DNA of 64,000 nt from Thermotogaceae bacterium (GCA_029981435.1 JARRBB010000005.1:1934-65933); one strand, 5' to 3'. Positions 41,781 to 52,050 are shown, counted from the first letter of the stretch. Notes: generated by a model not told the origin, from the sequence alone. Numbers and translations are program-made.

Positions 41781-43145
41781 TTGAGCAAAGAGAAAAATGT
41801 TGAGGATTTGAACAATCAAGAAGTTTCCTCAGAGAAAGATAATTTCAACGATACCAAAAAGAATAGAAGAGACGAAATAAGAGAAATGGAATTGGATATA
41901 AGAAAGTTACAGGATATGAAAATAAAAGATCTTTACAAACTTGCAAGGAAACTTGGCATATCGAATTACACTTCTCTGAGAAAAAAAGATTTGATTTTTA
42001 GTATTCTGGATGCTCAGGCAAGAGAATATGGATATTTCTTCGAAGAAGGCGTGCTCGATATTCATCCTGATGGATACGGTTTCCTGAGAAGTGATAATCT
42101 TCTTCCCGGCAATAACGACATTTATGTTTCCCAATCGCAAATTAAAAAATTCAATCTCAACACAGGAGACGTCATCTCAGGACAGGTAAGACCTCCTAAA
42201 GAAGGCGAGAAATATTACGCTCTTTTACGAATAGAAGCTATAAATTACAAACCGCCATCGTATGCTTCTGAAAGAATAAACTTTGAAAATCTCACACCGA
42301 TTTATCCGAACGTTCAGTACGTACTCGAAACTGATCCGAACATTTTGAGTACCAGAATCATCGATTTGTTCGCTCCAATAGGTAAAGGTCAAAGAGGTCT
42401 GATAGTTGCACCTCCAAAGACAGGTAAAACAACCCTTTTAAAAGAAATTGCAAACGGTATAGCAAAAAACTATCCAGACACTCAAAGAATAGTGCTTCTA
42501 ATCGACGAAAGACCTGAAGAAGTGACTGATATGAAAAGATCTGTAGATGCACAGGTTATAGCTGCACCTTTTGACATGCCACCAGAAAAACAGATCAAAG
42601 TTGCAGAATTGACCCTTGAAATGGCCAAAAGACTTGTAGAGTTCGGCTATGACGTTGTAATTTTGCTTGATAGTTTAACAAGACTCGCAAGAGTCTATAA
42701 TGTTTACGTCCCACCAAGTGGTAAGCTCTTGTCTGGTGGTGTTGATCCCTCAGCATTGTTTAAACCAAAGCACTTTTTTGGAGCAGCCAGAAACGTTGAA
42801 GAAGGTGGTAGTCTCACAATAATAGCCACCGCACTTGTTGAAACAGGGAGTAAAATGGATGAAGTAATCTTTGAAGAGTTCAAAGGCACTGGAAACATGG
42901 AACTCGTTCTTTCAAGGTTACTCGCAAATAAACGTATTTTCCCTGCTGTAAATTTGAACCTTTCAGGAACAAGAAAAGAAGAATTGCTGCTAGACGAGAA
43001 TACTTTGAGGAAAGTCTGGATTCTCAGAAGAATGCTTTCTACTCTCGATGAAGAAGAAGGATTGAACCTGATCTTTAGAAAGTTAAAAGAAACGAAAAGT
43101 AATGAAGAATTTCTCGCTCTGATAGATATGGAAAAAGCGAAATAA
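41781..43145 (+). CDS. rho: Transcription termination factor Rho
   Basis: DGYGFLRS, DIYVSQSQI, APIGKGQR, PPKTGKT, LIDERPEEVT, EEFKGTGNME. TTG 41781 follows GGAGG. Confidence 0.98.
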   Translation: MSKEKNVEDLNNQEVSSEKDNFNDTKKNRRDEIREMELDIRKLQDMKIKDLYKLARKLGISNYTSLRKKDLIFSILDAQAREYGYFFEEGVLDIHPDGYGFLRSDNLLPGNNDIYVSQSQIKKFNLNTGDVISGQVRPPKEGEKYYALLRIEAINYKPPSYASERINFENLTPIYPNVQYVLETDPNILSTRIIDLFAPIGKGQRGLIVAPPKTGKTTLLKEIANGIAKNYPDTQRIVLLIDERPEEVTDMKRSVDAQVIAAPFDMPPEKQIKVAELTLEMAKRLVEFGYDVVILLDSLTRLARVYNVYVPPSGKLLSGGVDPSALFKPKHFFGAARNVEEGGSLTIIATALVETGSKMDEVIFEEFKGTGNMELVLSRLLANKRIFPAVNLNLSGTRKEELLLDENTLRKVWILRRMLSTLDEEEGLNLIFRKLKETKSNEEFLALIDMEKAK

Positions 43146-43198
43146 ATTAAAAATCTTCATCATATTTTTTCTTATCTTCTTTCAAAGAAGGTGATACT

Positions 43199-44188
43199 TT
43201 GCCTGCTAACCTGCCACCAGAATATAAAAGGACAGAAGAAAGACTAAAAGAAGCCAAAACAGTTGAAGAAAAAATAGAGATAATTGAAAGACTCATATCT
43301 TTGCTTCCTCGTCATAAAGGTACTGATAAACTTTTTGCAGATCTTAAGAGAAGGCTCTCAAAACTTAAAGATATTGCAGAGCAAGAAAGAAAAAAGAAGA
43401 CAAAAGGTTACGATCCTTTTTTGATAGAAAAGGCCGGGGCTGGTCAAGTTATGATAGTCGGACCTCCCAACTCTGGGAAGTCCTCTATACTTGCAACACT
43501 GACAAATGCAAATCCTCAAATCGCTGATTTCCCTTTTTCAACTACCAAACCACTTCCAGGGATGATGGATTTTGAAGATATTCAGATTCAGCTCATAGAT
43601 TTACCCCCAATAATCGAATCTCATGTAGATCCTTTGATGGTGAACGCGATAAAACGTGCCGATGGAGCAATAATAGTGGCCGATTTATCAAATGACGGTG
43701 TTCTTGAAGATACTGACATGGTCATTAAAAAACTCGAAGAAAAAAAAGCAGTTCTTTCATGGGATAAACCTGAAGAACTTGATGTTGGTCGTGATTGGAT
43801 CAGAAGTTTTATCGTAGCCAATAAAGAGGATTTTGAAGATTCTAATGAACGTCTTGAAATACTTAAAGAATTTTATTCTTCAAGATTCCCAATTCTATCT
43901 TTTTCAGCTTTAACTAAAACTGGGATTGAAGATTTAAAAAATAAAATTTTCGAGATGCTGAGTGTGATACGTGTTTACAGTAAACCACCTGGTAAGCCTC
44001 CAGATTTCGATAAACCATTCATTCTAAAGAAAGGAAGTACAGTTAAGGACTTAGCAGCAGAAATCCACAAAGATTTTGCTGAAAGATTAAAAGGGGCCAA
44101 ACTGTGGAACATCGAAGAAAAAACGTATATAATGGTTGAAAGAGATTATGAAATTAAGGATAAAGATGTGATAGAAATAATCGTATAA
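43199..44188 (+). CDS. OBG-superfamily DRG-like GTPase with TGS domain
   Basis: N-terminal helical region with PRHKGTDKL; G1 GPPNSGKSS; G2 FPFST; G3 variant DLPP; G4 NKED; C-terminal TGS (IRVYSKPPG, IHKDF, DKDVIEI). Confidence 0.88.
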   Translation: MPANLPPEYKRTEERLKEAKTVEEKIEIIERLISLLPRHKGTDKLFADLKRRLSKLKDIAEQERKKKTKGYDPFLIEKAGAGQVMIVGPPNSGKSSILATLTNANPQIADFPFSTTKPLPGMMDFEDIQIQLIDLPPIIESHVDPLMVNAIKRADGAIIVADLSNDGVLEDTDMVIKKLEEKKAVLSWDKPEELDVGRDWIRSFIVANKEDFEDSNERLEILKEFYSSRFPILSFSALTKTGIEDLKNKIFEMLSVIRVYSKPPGKPPDFDKPFILKKGSTVKDLAAEIHKDFAERLKGAKLWNIEEKTYIMVERDYEIKDKDVIEIIV

Positions 44189-44201
44189 TGGGGGTATATC
44201 G

Positions 44202-46568
44202 TTGAACAGGAAGAATATAGAGTCACTTCTGAGAGAAAAAGGCAAACTGCTTTTAGATGGTGCACATGGTACCTATTTCATGTCCAAGGGGTATACAGAG
44301 GAAATTCCTGATCTACTTAATTTGAAAGCAGTCGATGCCGTTTTGAACCATCACGTTGAATATTTAAAAGCCGGTGCAGATATTCATCTTACGAATACCT
44401 TCAATTCAAGCAGAGAAAAACTTAAAAAATATGGTATCGAGGACCTTTTTGAAAAACTCAACATTGAAGCAGTCAGAATAGCGAGAAAAGCAGTTGGGGA
44501 AAAAGCACTGGTCTTTGGAGACATAGGACCCACTGGTTCGCTTTTAAAACCTCTTGGAGAATTATCCTTCGATGAAGCTTTTGAAAATTTTAGAGAACAA
44601 ACCGAATTGTTGATTGAAAATGGTGTCGACGGAATAATGCTTGAAACCTTCTCTGACATACTCGAATTGAAAGCAGCTTATCTCGCTGTAAGAGATATTT
44701 CAAAAGATATTTTTCTAATAGCTCATCTGACATTCGAAGAAAATGGTAAAACATTGACTGGAACAGGACCAGAAGCGTTTGCTGCTTTGTTTAACGACCT
44801 CGATGTTGACGCAATAGGTATAAACTGTTCTGTTGGTCCTCATGAAATGCTTCCGGTATTTCAACAGCTCAGCAAATATTCAAAAAAATTTCTCAGTGTT
44901 GAGCCCAATGCGGGAATTCCTGTTCTCGAAAATGGTGTTACCCGTTTTCCAGTCGGGCCAGAAGAATTTTCAAAAGCGATGTTGAACTTCGTTAAATCAG
45001 GTGCCAGAATCATTGGAGGCTGTTGTGGCACTACTCCTGAACATATAAAACTTTTGCGAAAATTGCTCGATGAAACCGAAACTGCATCACCAGAAGTAGA
45101 TGAAGTGGAGTTAATAACGAGCAGAACCAATATGGTAAACCCTTCTGAAAAGTTCATCGTTGTTGGTGAAAGACTTAATTATTCTGGAAGCAAAAAAACA
45201 AAAAAATTCATGGAAGAAAAGAACATAGAAGAATTGGTAAAGATAGGCCTGGAGCAGAAAAATTCTGGTGCGGATCTAATAGACGTTAATTTTGGGCTTC
45301 AGAGAGATCTTCTATTTTCAAAGGAATTTATAATTCAACTCGAAAACAGATGTGGAATTCCGATATCTTTTGATGTTCAGGATATTCAACTTTTAGAAGA
45401 ATTGCTCAGAGTGTATCCCGGAAGACCTCTGATTAATTCCTCAAGAGCTCTTGAGAGCGATCTTGAATTGTTTGCCGAACTTTTAAAAAAGTACGGTGGA
45501 ATGCTTATACTTCTTTCTGCAAAAGATAGTTTTGAAGAGGATTTTGAATACCGTTTCAAATCTGCACTAAACGGGGTTGAGATGCTTGAAAAACTTGGTG
45601 TGTCCAGGACTCGAATTTTTGTTGATCCATTGGTTTTTTCAATGGGAGCAGGCCATGATCCGTTGATCACTCTCAGATTGATAGAAAGATTCAATAAATC
45701 TGGGTTAAAAACGATAATAGGTCTTTCGAATTTATCTTATGGTATGCCGTTGAGAAAAGATATAAACGCTGTTTTTCTAAGTCTTTCACTTGAAAGAGGG
45801 TTGAGTGCGGCAATTATGAATCCGAATGATGAAAGAGTTATGAACAGTTTAAAGGTTTACAATCTGATTTTTGGTAAAGACGAACTGATCTTTTCAGTTG
45901 AAAACAAAGAAAGTAATTTGATAAACTCTATTCTATCTGGTGAAACCAAACAACTCAAGGAAATTTTGGAAAAAGAACTTACCCAGAAAAGCTTTGCTGA
46001 GTCTGTAGAAGAAATTATAAGACCTGTGATGAGAGAAATAGGAGAACTTTATGAGGCAAATAAAATTTACCTACCACAACTTTTAACTGCAGCTAAGGTG
46101 GTTAAAGAGGTTATGGAATTCTTCGAAGAAAAGGAAAAGTCAAAAACAAATCCAGAAAAATCTGAAACTGCGAAAGTGATTCTTGCAACTGTCAAAGGAG
46201 ACATTCACGATATAGGCAAAAACTTAGTAGCGGCACTGATGAAAAGCAACGGTGTTGATGTTATAGATCTTGGAAGAGACGTTGATTCTGAAAAAATAGT
46301 TGAAGTTGCTAAACGTGAAAAACCTGTTTTAATAGGACTTTCAGCCATGATGACTACAACTGTTCCGCGAGTAAAGGAAGTTGTAGAAAAGCTTAAGGGA
46401 GAGAATTTAAATATACCGGTAATAACTGGTGGCGCTTCTATGACCGAGAAACTTGCCAAAGAATTTGGAGCGGATTACTATGCACATACCGCTATAGACG
46501 GTTTAAGAATTTTAAGGAGTTTGATACATAATGAAAGCAATTTACAGAGAGATTCTGGAAGAACTTAA
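44202..46568 (+). CDS. metH: Cobalamin-dependent methionine synthase (Hcy, folate, cap and B12 domains; no activation domain)
   Basis: LLDGA.GT, TNTF, GINCS and GGCCGT zinc ligands, VGERLN, GLSNLSYG, GDIHDIGKN. Confidence 0.88.
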   Translation: MNRKNIESLLREKGKLLLDGAHGTYFMSKGYTEEIPDLLNLKAVDAVLNHHVEYLKAGADIHLTNTFNSSREKLKKYGIEDLFEKLNIEAVRIARKAVGEKALVFGDIGPTGSLLKPLGELSFDEAFENFREQTELLIENGVDGIMLETFSDILELKAAYLAVRDISKDIFLIAHLTFEENGKTLTGTGPEAFAALFNDLDVDAIGINCSVGPHEMLPVFQQLSKYSKKFLSVEPNAGIPVLENGVTRFPVGPEEFSKAMLNFVKSGARIIGGCCGTTPEHIKLLRKLLDETETASPEVDEVELITSRTNMVNPSEKFIVVGERLNYSGSKKTKKFMEEKNIEELVKIGLEQKNSGADLIDVNFGLQRDLLFSKEFIIQLENRCGIPISFDVQDIQLLEELLRVYPGRPLINSSRALESDLELFAELLKKYGGMLILLSAKDSFEEDFEYRFKSALNGVEMLEKLGVSRTRIFVDPLVFSMGAGHDPLITLRLIERFNKSGLKTIIGLSNLSYGMPLRKDINAVFLSLSLERGLSAAIMNPNDERVMNSLKVYNLIFGKDELIFSVENKESNLINSILSGETKQLKEILEKELTQKSFAESVEEIIRPVMREIGELYEANKIYLPQLLTAAKVVKEVMEFFEEKEKSKTNPEKSETAKVILATVKGDIHDIGKNLVAALMKSNGVDVIDLGRDVDSEKIVEVAKREKPVLIGLSAMMTTTVPRVKEVVEKLKGENLNIPVITGGASMTEKLAKEFGADYYAHTAIDGLRILRSLIHNESNLQRDSGRT

Positions 46569-47778
46569 AAAAAAGCAAATAGCCGATGATCTTTATCTGC
46601 CAGATTACACCAGATATTCGATAGTAAATCTGGTGAGTTTCATATTAAAGCACTTTAGAATTGAACCTTTATTTGAACCTTATCCTTTGAACGAATTATT
46701 GGAACTGAGTTTGAAAGATAAGATCGTGTTATTTGTGATCGATGCACTTGGATATAACTTATACAGAAGAATTTTTAATCGTTTTAAAAGCAACCTCTCA
46801 GTATTCAAAGACATAGATTTTTTTCCAATGACATCCGTTTTTCCTACAACCACAGCTTCTGCGCTAACAAGTTTGAATACAGGATTAACTCCTTTACAAC
46901 ATGGAATGATTGGTTATATACTCTTTCTAAAAGAATTTGGACTTTTGGCAAACATGATCGAACTTGCACCGGTTGGTATGGAACGCGATCTTTTATTGAA
47001 ATCCGGTCTCAATCCAGTCAAATTCATTAGTGGCCCGACTGTTCATGAATTACTTAAAGAAAATGGAGTTGGTTCATTCACCGTGACAGCTTCGATATTC
47101 AAGAACACAGGATTCAACAGAATGCATACGAGTGGCTCGAACGTTAGAACCTACCAGAGTTTTAGTGACTTGTTCTCGACGATCAGGAAGACACTTAAAA
47201 CAAACAAAGACGAAAAATTTCTTTTGATTGCTTATTGGGGATTGGCAGATACACTTGCACATAGAAAAGGTCCTTTGTCTGAAGAATATGAATCCGAGAT
47301 CTTCTGGATGCTGAAAATGTTTGAAGACGAGGTTTTAAGTAAAGTTCCACCATCCATATTTAAAAAAACCTTGTTCATGATAACAGGAGATCACGGTCAG
47401 AAGCCAACAAGCTGGGAAGACGAGATCTGGCTAATTTCAAATGATGAATTCTGTTCAAAATTGAGTATTCCACCGACCGGTGAACAAAGAATGATGTATC
47501 TGTTTGTCAAAAATAGATCAGAATTCAGAAACTTTTTTGAGGACAGATATGGAGATTACGCTATGCTGATCGATTCCATTGATGCAATAAAAATGGGACT
47601 GTTTGGTTTAGGAAAACCTCATCCTAATCTTTTGGATAGAATCGGCGATTTTGTCCTTTTAACTAAAAGCGGATACTCTTTCAATTACAGATACACGGGA
47701 CAGGAAAAAAGCCTGAAAGGAAGACATGGCTCTTTAAGTGAAGATGAACTTTTTGTACCGCTTATACTTGCTGGATAA
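46531..47778 (+). CDS. Alkaline phosphatase superfamily nucleotide pyrophosphatase/phosphodiesterase
   Basis: VIDALG, SVFPTTTA, DTLAH, TGDHG, GRHGSL. Confidence 0.88.
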   Translation: MKAIYREILEELKKKQIADDLYLPDYTRYSIVNLVSFILKHFRIEPLFEPYPLNELLELSLKDKIVLFVIDALGYNLYRRIFNRFKSNLSVFKDIDFFPMTSVFPTTTASALTSLNTGLTPLQHGMIGYILFLKEFGLLANMIELAPVGMERDLLLKSGLNPVKFISGPTVHELLKENGVGSFTVTASIFKNTGFNRMHTSGSNVRTYQSFSDLFSTIRKTLKTNKDEKFLLIAYWGLADTLAHRKGPLSEEYESEIFWMLKMFEDEVLSKVPPSIFKKTLFMITGDHGQKPTSWEDEIWLISNDEFCSKLSIPPTGEQRMMYLFVKNRSEFRNFFEDRYGDYAMLIDSIDAIKMGLFGLGKPHPNLLDRIGDFVLLTKSGYSFNYRYTGQEKSLKGRHGSLSEDELFVPLILAG

Positions 47779-47791
47779 GAAGGTGTTTAAT

Positions 47792-48058
47792 ATGACTGTT
47801 GAAACCTTTCTGGATGCAATGAATGAAGGAATAACAGTTTTTCTTATGGTTATCGCACCAGTTCTGCTGATAAGCTTACTGGTGGGGCTTATAATAAGTA
47901 TATTCCAGACGGTTACACAGATAAACGAGCAGACGGTAACTTTTGTTTCAAAAATATTCGCCGTTTTTATTTCTCTGCTATTTTTGGGGGGATGGATGCT
48001 TCAGAAACTCGTTGATTACTTTTATTCTATCCTGTCTTCTTATTTCAACATGATTTAG
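47792..48058 (+). CDS. fliQ: Flagellar export gate protein FliQ
   Basis: VGLIISIFQTVTQINEQT.TF..K. ATG 47792 follows AAGGTG. Confidence 0.95.
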   Translation: MTVETFLDAMNEGITVFLMVIAPVLLISLLVGLIISIFQTVTQINEQTVTFVSKIFAVFISLLFLGGWMLQKLVDYFYSILSSYFNMI

Positions 48059-48075
48059 AATTTAAAAGATTAGGG

Positions 48076-48867
48076 ATGATAGATATGCCACCAGAACTCG
48101 CAAATTTTCTCGAAACGAAATTTTTGGTTTGGTTGTTGATAATATCAAGAATATCCGGTTTGTTCATACTAATGCCGTTTTTTAGCGGTGATTTTATTCC
48201 TAACAATTTGAAAATAATGATAATTCTGTTTATCTCATGGCTCGTACTACCAGTCGCTCCAACTGTTTTACCTCTTGACACCAATCTTTTTATGGTAGTT
48301 GTTATGAGTCTTATAAATTTTATAATAGGTTTTTTGATCGGTGCGATTGTTTTCGTGCTTTTTTCAAGTATCCAATTTCTCGGTGAAGTTTTCGGGCTTC
48401 AGCTTGGATTTGCAGTAGCGACACTCTTCGATCCACAGATTTCCGAGGAAACTAACATAATTGGTCAACTACTTTACATGTTAGGTATTTATGTTTTCGT
48501 TGCAATAAAAGGTCCTCATCTGATTCTTGGCACCATAATAGGAAGTTTTCAAACGATACCCGTAAATTTTTTCAGATTGAACAACATGGTATTCTATGAC
48601 ATAGTAAAATTAGGTGGAAGAATTTTCAGAATAGGTATGGAATTAGGAATACCCTTAATAGCTTTTATGATAATCGTAACGTTCATAATAGGAATACTCT
48701 CTCGTTTGATGCCTCAAATGAATCTCTTTATGGTTGGATTACCTCTGAAGGTTCTGGTTGGTATTTTAATGTTGCTTGGTTTGTTACCGGTAATAGCAGA
48801 GGTTGTTTCAGGACTTTCAACAGAAATCATAAAGGAGGTTGAAAAGGTATTAAAGAATTTAGGATAA
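48076..48867 (+). CDS. fliR: Flagellar export gate protein FliR
   Basis: RISG....PFFS, Q.GF......DP, SRLMPQMNLF.VG.P.K. Confidence 0.95.
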   Translation: MIDMPPELANFLETKFLVWLLIISRISGLFILMPFFSGDFIPNNLKIMIILFISWLVLPVAPTVLPLDTNLFMVVVMSLINFIIGFLIGAIVFVLFSSIQFLGEVFGLQLGFAVATLFDPQISEETNIIGQLLYMLGIYVFVAIKGPHLILGTIIGSFQTIPVNFFRLNNMVFYDIVKLGGRIFRIGMELGIPLIAFMIIVTFIIGILSRLMPQMNLFMVGLPLKVLVGILMLLGLLPVIAEVVSGLSTEIIKEVEKVLKNLG

Positions 48868-49934
48868 GGATTGAACTTGATATCTTCCAGGATCCAGATA
48901 GAACAGAAAGAGCGACTCCAAGGCGAAGGCAAAGAGCGCGTGAAGAGGGTAGAGTAGCTCAATCAAGAGATTTGAGCATGGCATTAACCTTTCTTGCTAT
49001 GATCGGATCACTGAGTTTTTTAATCAGGAGTGTTTACAACTTTCTTCTTGAAAATGTCAACTTCTTTTTTTCCTTTCCAGAACTTGACGAATCAACATTC
49101 ATGTTTTATATGAAAGAATCACTGCTTAGAGCCTTATATAGTATTGGATTACTCTTTGCAGTTGGAGTGGCGGTTTCTTTAATGAGTGTATTCTTGCAGA
49201 CGAGATTTTTGATAGCTCCAAAAGCTTTGAAGATAGATTTCAAAAGATTAAATCCTGTTGAAGGCTTCAAGAGACTGTTTTCTCTCAGATCTTTGATGGA
49301 GTTTTTAAAAAATATTCTCAAAATAGCTTTCATAGGTATTATAGCCTTCATCTTTCTCAAATCAGAATGGAGTAATTTCTTTGTGATGCCTTTTTTGCCT
49401 CTTGAAGAATCAAGTAGCAGAATGTTTTACGATATATTTCAGATAGCCATCAGGTGTGGAATAGCACTTTTAGCCATTGGAATCTTCGATTACTTTTATC
49501 AGAAATGGGAATTTGAAAGAAGTATAAGGATGACCAAACAAGAAATAAAAGAAGAGTACAAAGAAACAGAAGGAAATCCTGAAATAAAGAGAAGACAAAG
49601 ACAACTCATGGCAGAAATTATCCGAAGACGCATGCTTCAAGAAGTACCGGAGGCCACTGTCGTTATAACCAACCCTGAGCATATAGCTGTTGCCTTAAAA
49701 TATGATATTGATAAAATGGAAGCACCTGTAGTCGTTGCAAAAGGTGCAGGTGAAATCGCAGAAAAAATAAAAGAAATAGCTCGTGAAAATGGTGTTCCAA
49801 TTATAGAGAACCCTCCTCTCGCAAGGGCTATATACAGATTGAGCGAGGTCGGTGATGAGATACCTGTGGAACTGTACAGAGCAGTTGCTGAAGTTATAGC
49901 ACAGGTTTATAGAATGAAAAGGGTAGAGGTGTAA
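48849..49934 (+). CDS. flhB: Flagellar export protein FlhB (start codon apparently non-canonical)
   Basis: RLNP..GFKRLFS, RMTKQEIKEE.K..EGNP, NPEH autocleavage variant, PVVVAKG. The conserved RTERATPRR..AREEG N-terminus lies in frame upstream of the first canonical start (48972). The start coordinate is inferred. Confidence 0.93.
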   Translation: MKEFRIRIELDIFQDPDRTERATPRRRQRAREEGRVAQSRDLSMALTFLAMIGSLSFLIRSVYNFLLENVNFFFSFPELDESTFMFYMKESLLRALYSIGLLFAVGVAVSLMSVFLQTRFLIAPKALKIDFKRLNPVEGFKRLFSLRSLMEFLKNILKIAFIGIIAFIFLKSEWSNFFVMPFLPLEESSSRMFYDIFQIAIRCGIALLAIGIFDYFYQKWEFERSIRMTKQEIKEEYKETEGNPEIKRRQRQLMAEIIRRRMLQEVPEATVVITNPEHIAVALKYDIDKMEAPVVVAKGAGEIAEKIKEIARENGVPIIENPPLARAIYRLSEVGDEIPVELYRAVAEVIAQVYRMKRVEV

Positions 49935-49936
49935 TT

Positions 49937-52027
49937 ATGCCGAGGAAGTATTTCGATATTGTGATTTCTTTACTGATAGTTGCAATAATACTCTTAATGA
50001 TATTACCAATACCAACCGCTATGCTGGATTTTTTACAACTTTTAAATATAAGTATATCCATAATAATCATTCTATCAACAATGTACGTGCGAAATGCACT
50101 CGAACTATCCTCTTTTCCAACCATATTGCTTGTTATGACACTTTTCAGATTGGCACTCAATGTCACCTCTACAAGGCTGATACTCCTGCAGGGAAGAAAT
50201 TTCAGTGGCAGAGTAATAACAACCTTTGGGAATTTCGTTGTTAGGGGTGATTACATTGTAGGATTAATAATATTTCTGATATTGGTTATAATACAATTTA
50301 TTGTCATAACCAGAGGAGCAGAGAGAATAGCGGAAGTTGCCGCAAGATTTACGCTGGATGCAATGCCTGGAAAGCAGATGAGCGTCGATGCTGATTACAA
50401 CGCTGGATTAATAACAGAAGAAGAGGCTCGGAGAAGACGGGCTGATATAAGAAGAGAAGCGGACTTTTATGGAGCTATGGACGGTGCAAGTAAATTCGTA
50501 AGGGGAGACGCAATAGCAAGTATAATAATCGTCTTTGTAAATATTCTCGGCGGCCTAATAATAGGAAGCATAAGACAGGGACTGAGTATACAGGAAGCGG
50601 CTCAGATATACACACTTCTAACCGTTGGTGATGGTCTGGTCACACAGATACCTGCACTGTTAATTTCCACAGCAACCGGTATTATCGTTTCAAGAGCGGC
50701 CTCAGAAAACGATCTTGGAACATCCATGATAAAAGAGCTGGGCAGAGAGACGAAAGTGTTGATGTTAACAGGTGCTGTTCTGGTTTTTCTTTCCCTTTTT
50801 ACGCCATTACCAACTTTTCTAACCCTACTGATAGGTATATTCTTAATAGTTGTATCTTACATGAGTTCAAGGGCTGTTCCAAAACCCGAACCAGCAGTAC
50901 CTGGATTCCCTGGAACACCCGGTGCGGCTCCAGAGTCAGGAAAACCTGCAGGTGCCCCTCCATCAAGTGGTGCGCCACCAATGACAACACCTGAAGAAGT
51001 ATCGGAAATAATACAATCCGATACTTTAGAAGTTGAAATCGGATATGGTCTGATACCACTTGCCGATCCTTCACAGGGTGGGGATCTTTTAGAAAGAATA
51101 ACCATGGTCAGAAAACAGATTGCGTTTGAATACGGCCTGGTGCTTTCACCGATAAGAGTCAGAGACAGTATCCTTTTGAAACCAAACGAATACGTGATAA
51201 AATTAAAAGGCGCAGAAATAGCAAGATATGAGCTAATTCCTAACAGACTACTGGCAATGAATCCCGGCACAGCAAGAAAAGAATTACCCGGGATAAAAAC
51301 TAAAGAGCCTGCTTTTGGACTGGATGCAATATGGATAGAAGAAGGACTTAGAGACGAAGCTCTGAAAAGTGGTTACACGGTAGTTGATCCACCGACAGTT
51401 TTCGCTACACATTTGTCTGAAATAATAATTAGAAATGCTCATGAAATACTTGGAAGAAGAGAAATGGAATTGCTACTCGATGGTCTGAAAGAGAAATTCC
51501 CGAGACTTGTCGATGATCTCATTCCTAACATACTGAAAACACATGAAGTAAGAAAAGTATTGCAAAACCTACTGAAAGAGAGAGTTTCCATAAGAAATCT
51601 TCCACTTATTTTTGAAACACTTATAGAATATGGAGAAAAATCGTCTGATATAGTTTATCTAACCGAACAGGTCAGAAGAGCACTGAAACGTCAGATAACT
51701 TCAATGGTAAAATCAGAAGACGGTATTGTTCACGCAATTGGAATTGATCCATCACTTGAAAGAGAACTCACCAATTCTATCAGAGGTGAAGAAGAGAGAT
51801 ACATATCGATAAATCCTGAAATAATGAAACAGTTAATCGAGAAAATCTCACAGGCTCTTGAGGAACAGATGCGAAAAGGTTATGTGCCGGTTATAATCTG
51901 TTCGGGATCGTTGAGACCCTATCTTAGAAAACTACTTGAAAGATACATTCCACTTGTAACTGTGGTATCTTATGAGGAAATAAGTGAGGATGTTCAATTG
52001 AGAGTAGATTCTCTTATAAATATATAA
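49937..52027 (+). CDS. flhA: Flagellar export protein FlhA
   Basis: RLALNVTSTRLIL, RIAEVAARFTLDAMPGKQM, FYGAMDGASKFV.GDA. Confidence 0.98.
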   Translation: MPRKYFDIVISLLIVAIILLMILPIPTAMLDFLQLLNISISIIIILSTMYVRNALELSSFPTILLVMTLFRLALNVTSTRLILLQGRNFSGRVITTFGNFVVRGDYIVGLIIFLILVIIQFIVITRGAERIAEVAARFTLDAMPGKQMSVDADYNAGLITEEEARRRRADIRREADFYGAMDGASKFVRGDAIASIIIVFVNILGGLIIGSIRQGLSIQEAAQIYTLLTVGDGLVTQIPALLISTATGIIVSRAASENDLGTSMIKELGRETKVLMLTGAVLVFLSLFTPLPTFLTLLIGIFLIVVSYMSSRAVPKPEPAVPGFPGTPGAAPESGKPAGAPPSSGAPPMTTPEEVSEIIQSDTLEVEIGYGLIPLADPSQGGDLLERITMVRKQIAFEYGLVLSPIRVRDSILLKPNEYVIKLKGAEIARYELIPNRLLAMNPGTARKELPGIKTKEPAFGLDAIWIEEGLRDEALKSGYTVVDPPTVFATHLSEIIIRNAHEILGRREMELLLDGLKEKFPRLVDDLIPNILKTHEVRKVLQNLLKERVSIRNLPLIFETLIEYGEKSSDIVYLTEQVRRALKRQITSMVKSEDGIVHAIGIDPSLERELTNSIRGEEERYISINPEIMKQLIEKISQALEEQMRKGYVPVIICSGSLRPYLRKLLERYIPLVTVVSYEEISEDVQLRVDSLINI

Positions 52028-52050
52028 ATCTAATTCTGCGAGATGATTGA

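Noticed and set aside
43146-43198. G-free tract and small hairpin (CTTCTTT/AAAGAAG) after rho
   Set aside because: Could be rut-like or SD-occluding, but it is too short and weak to support a call.
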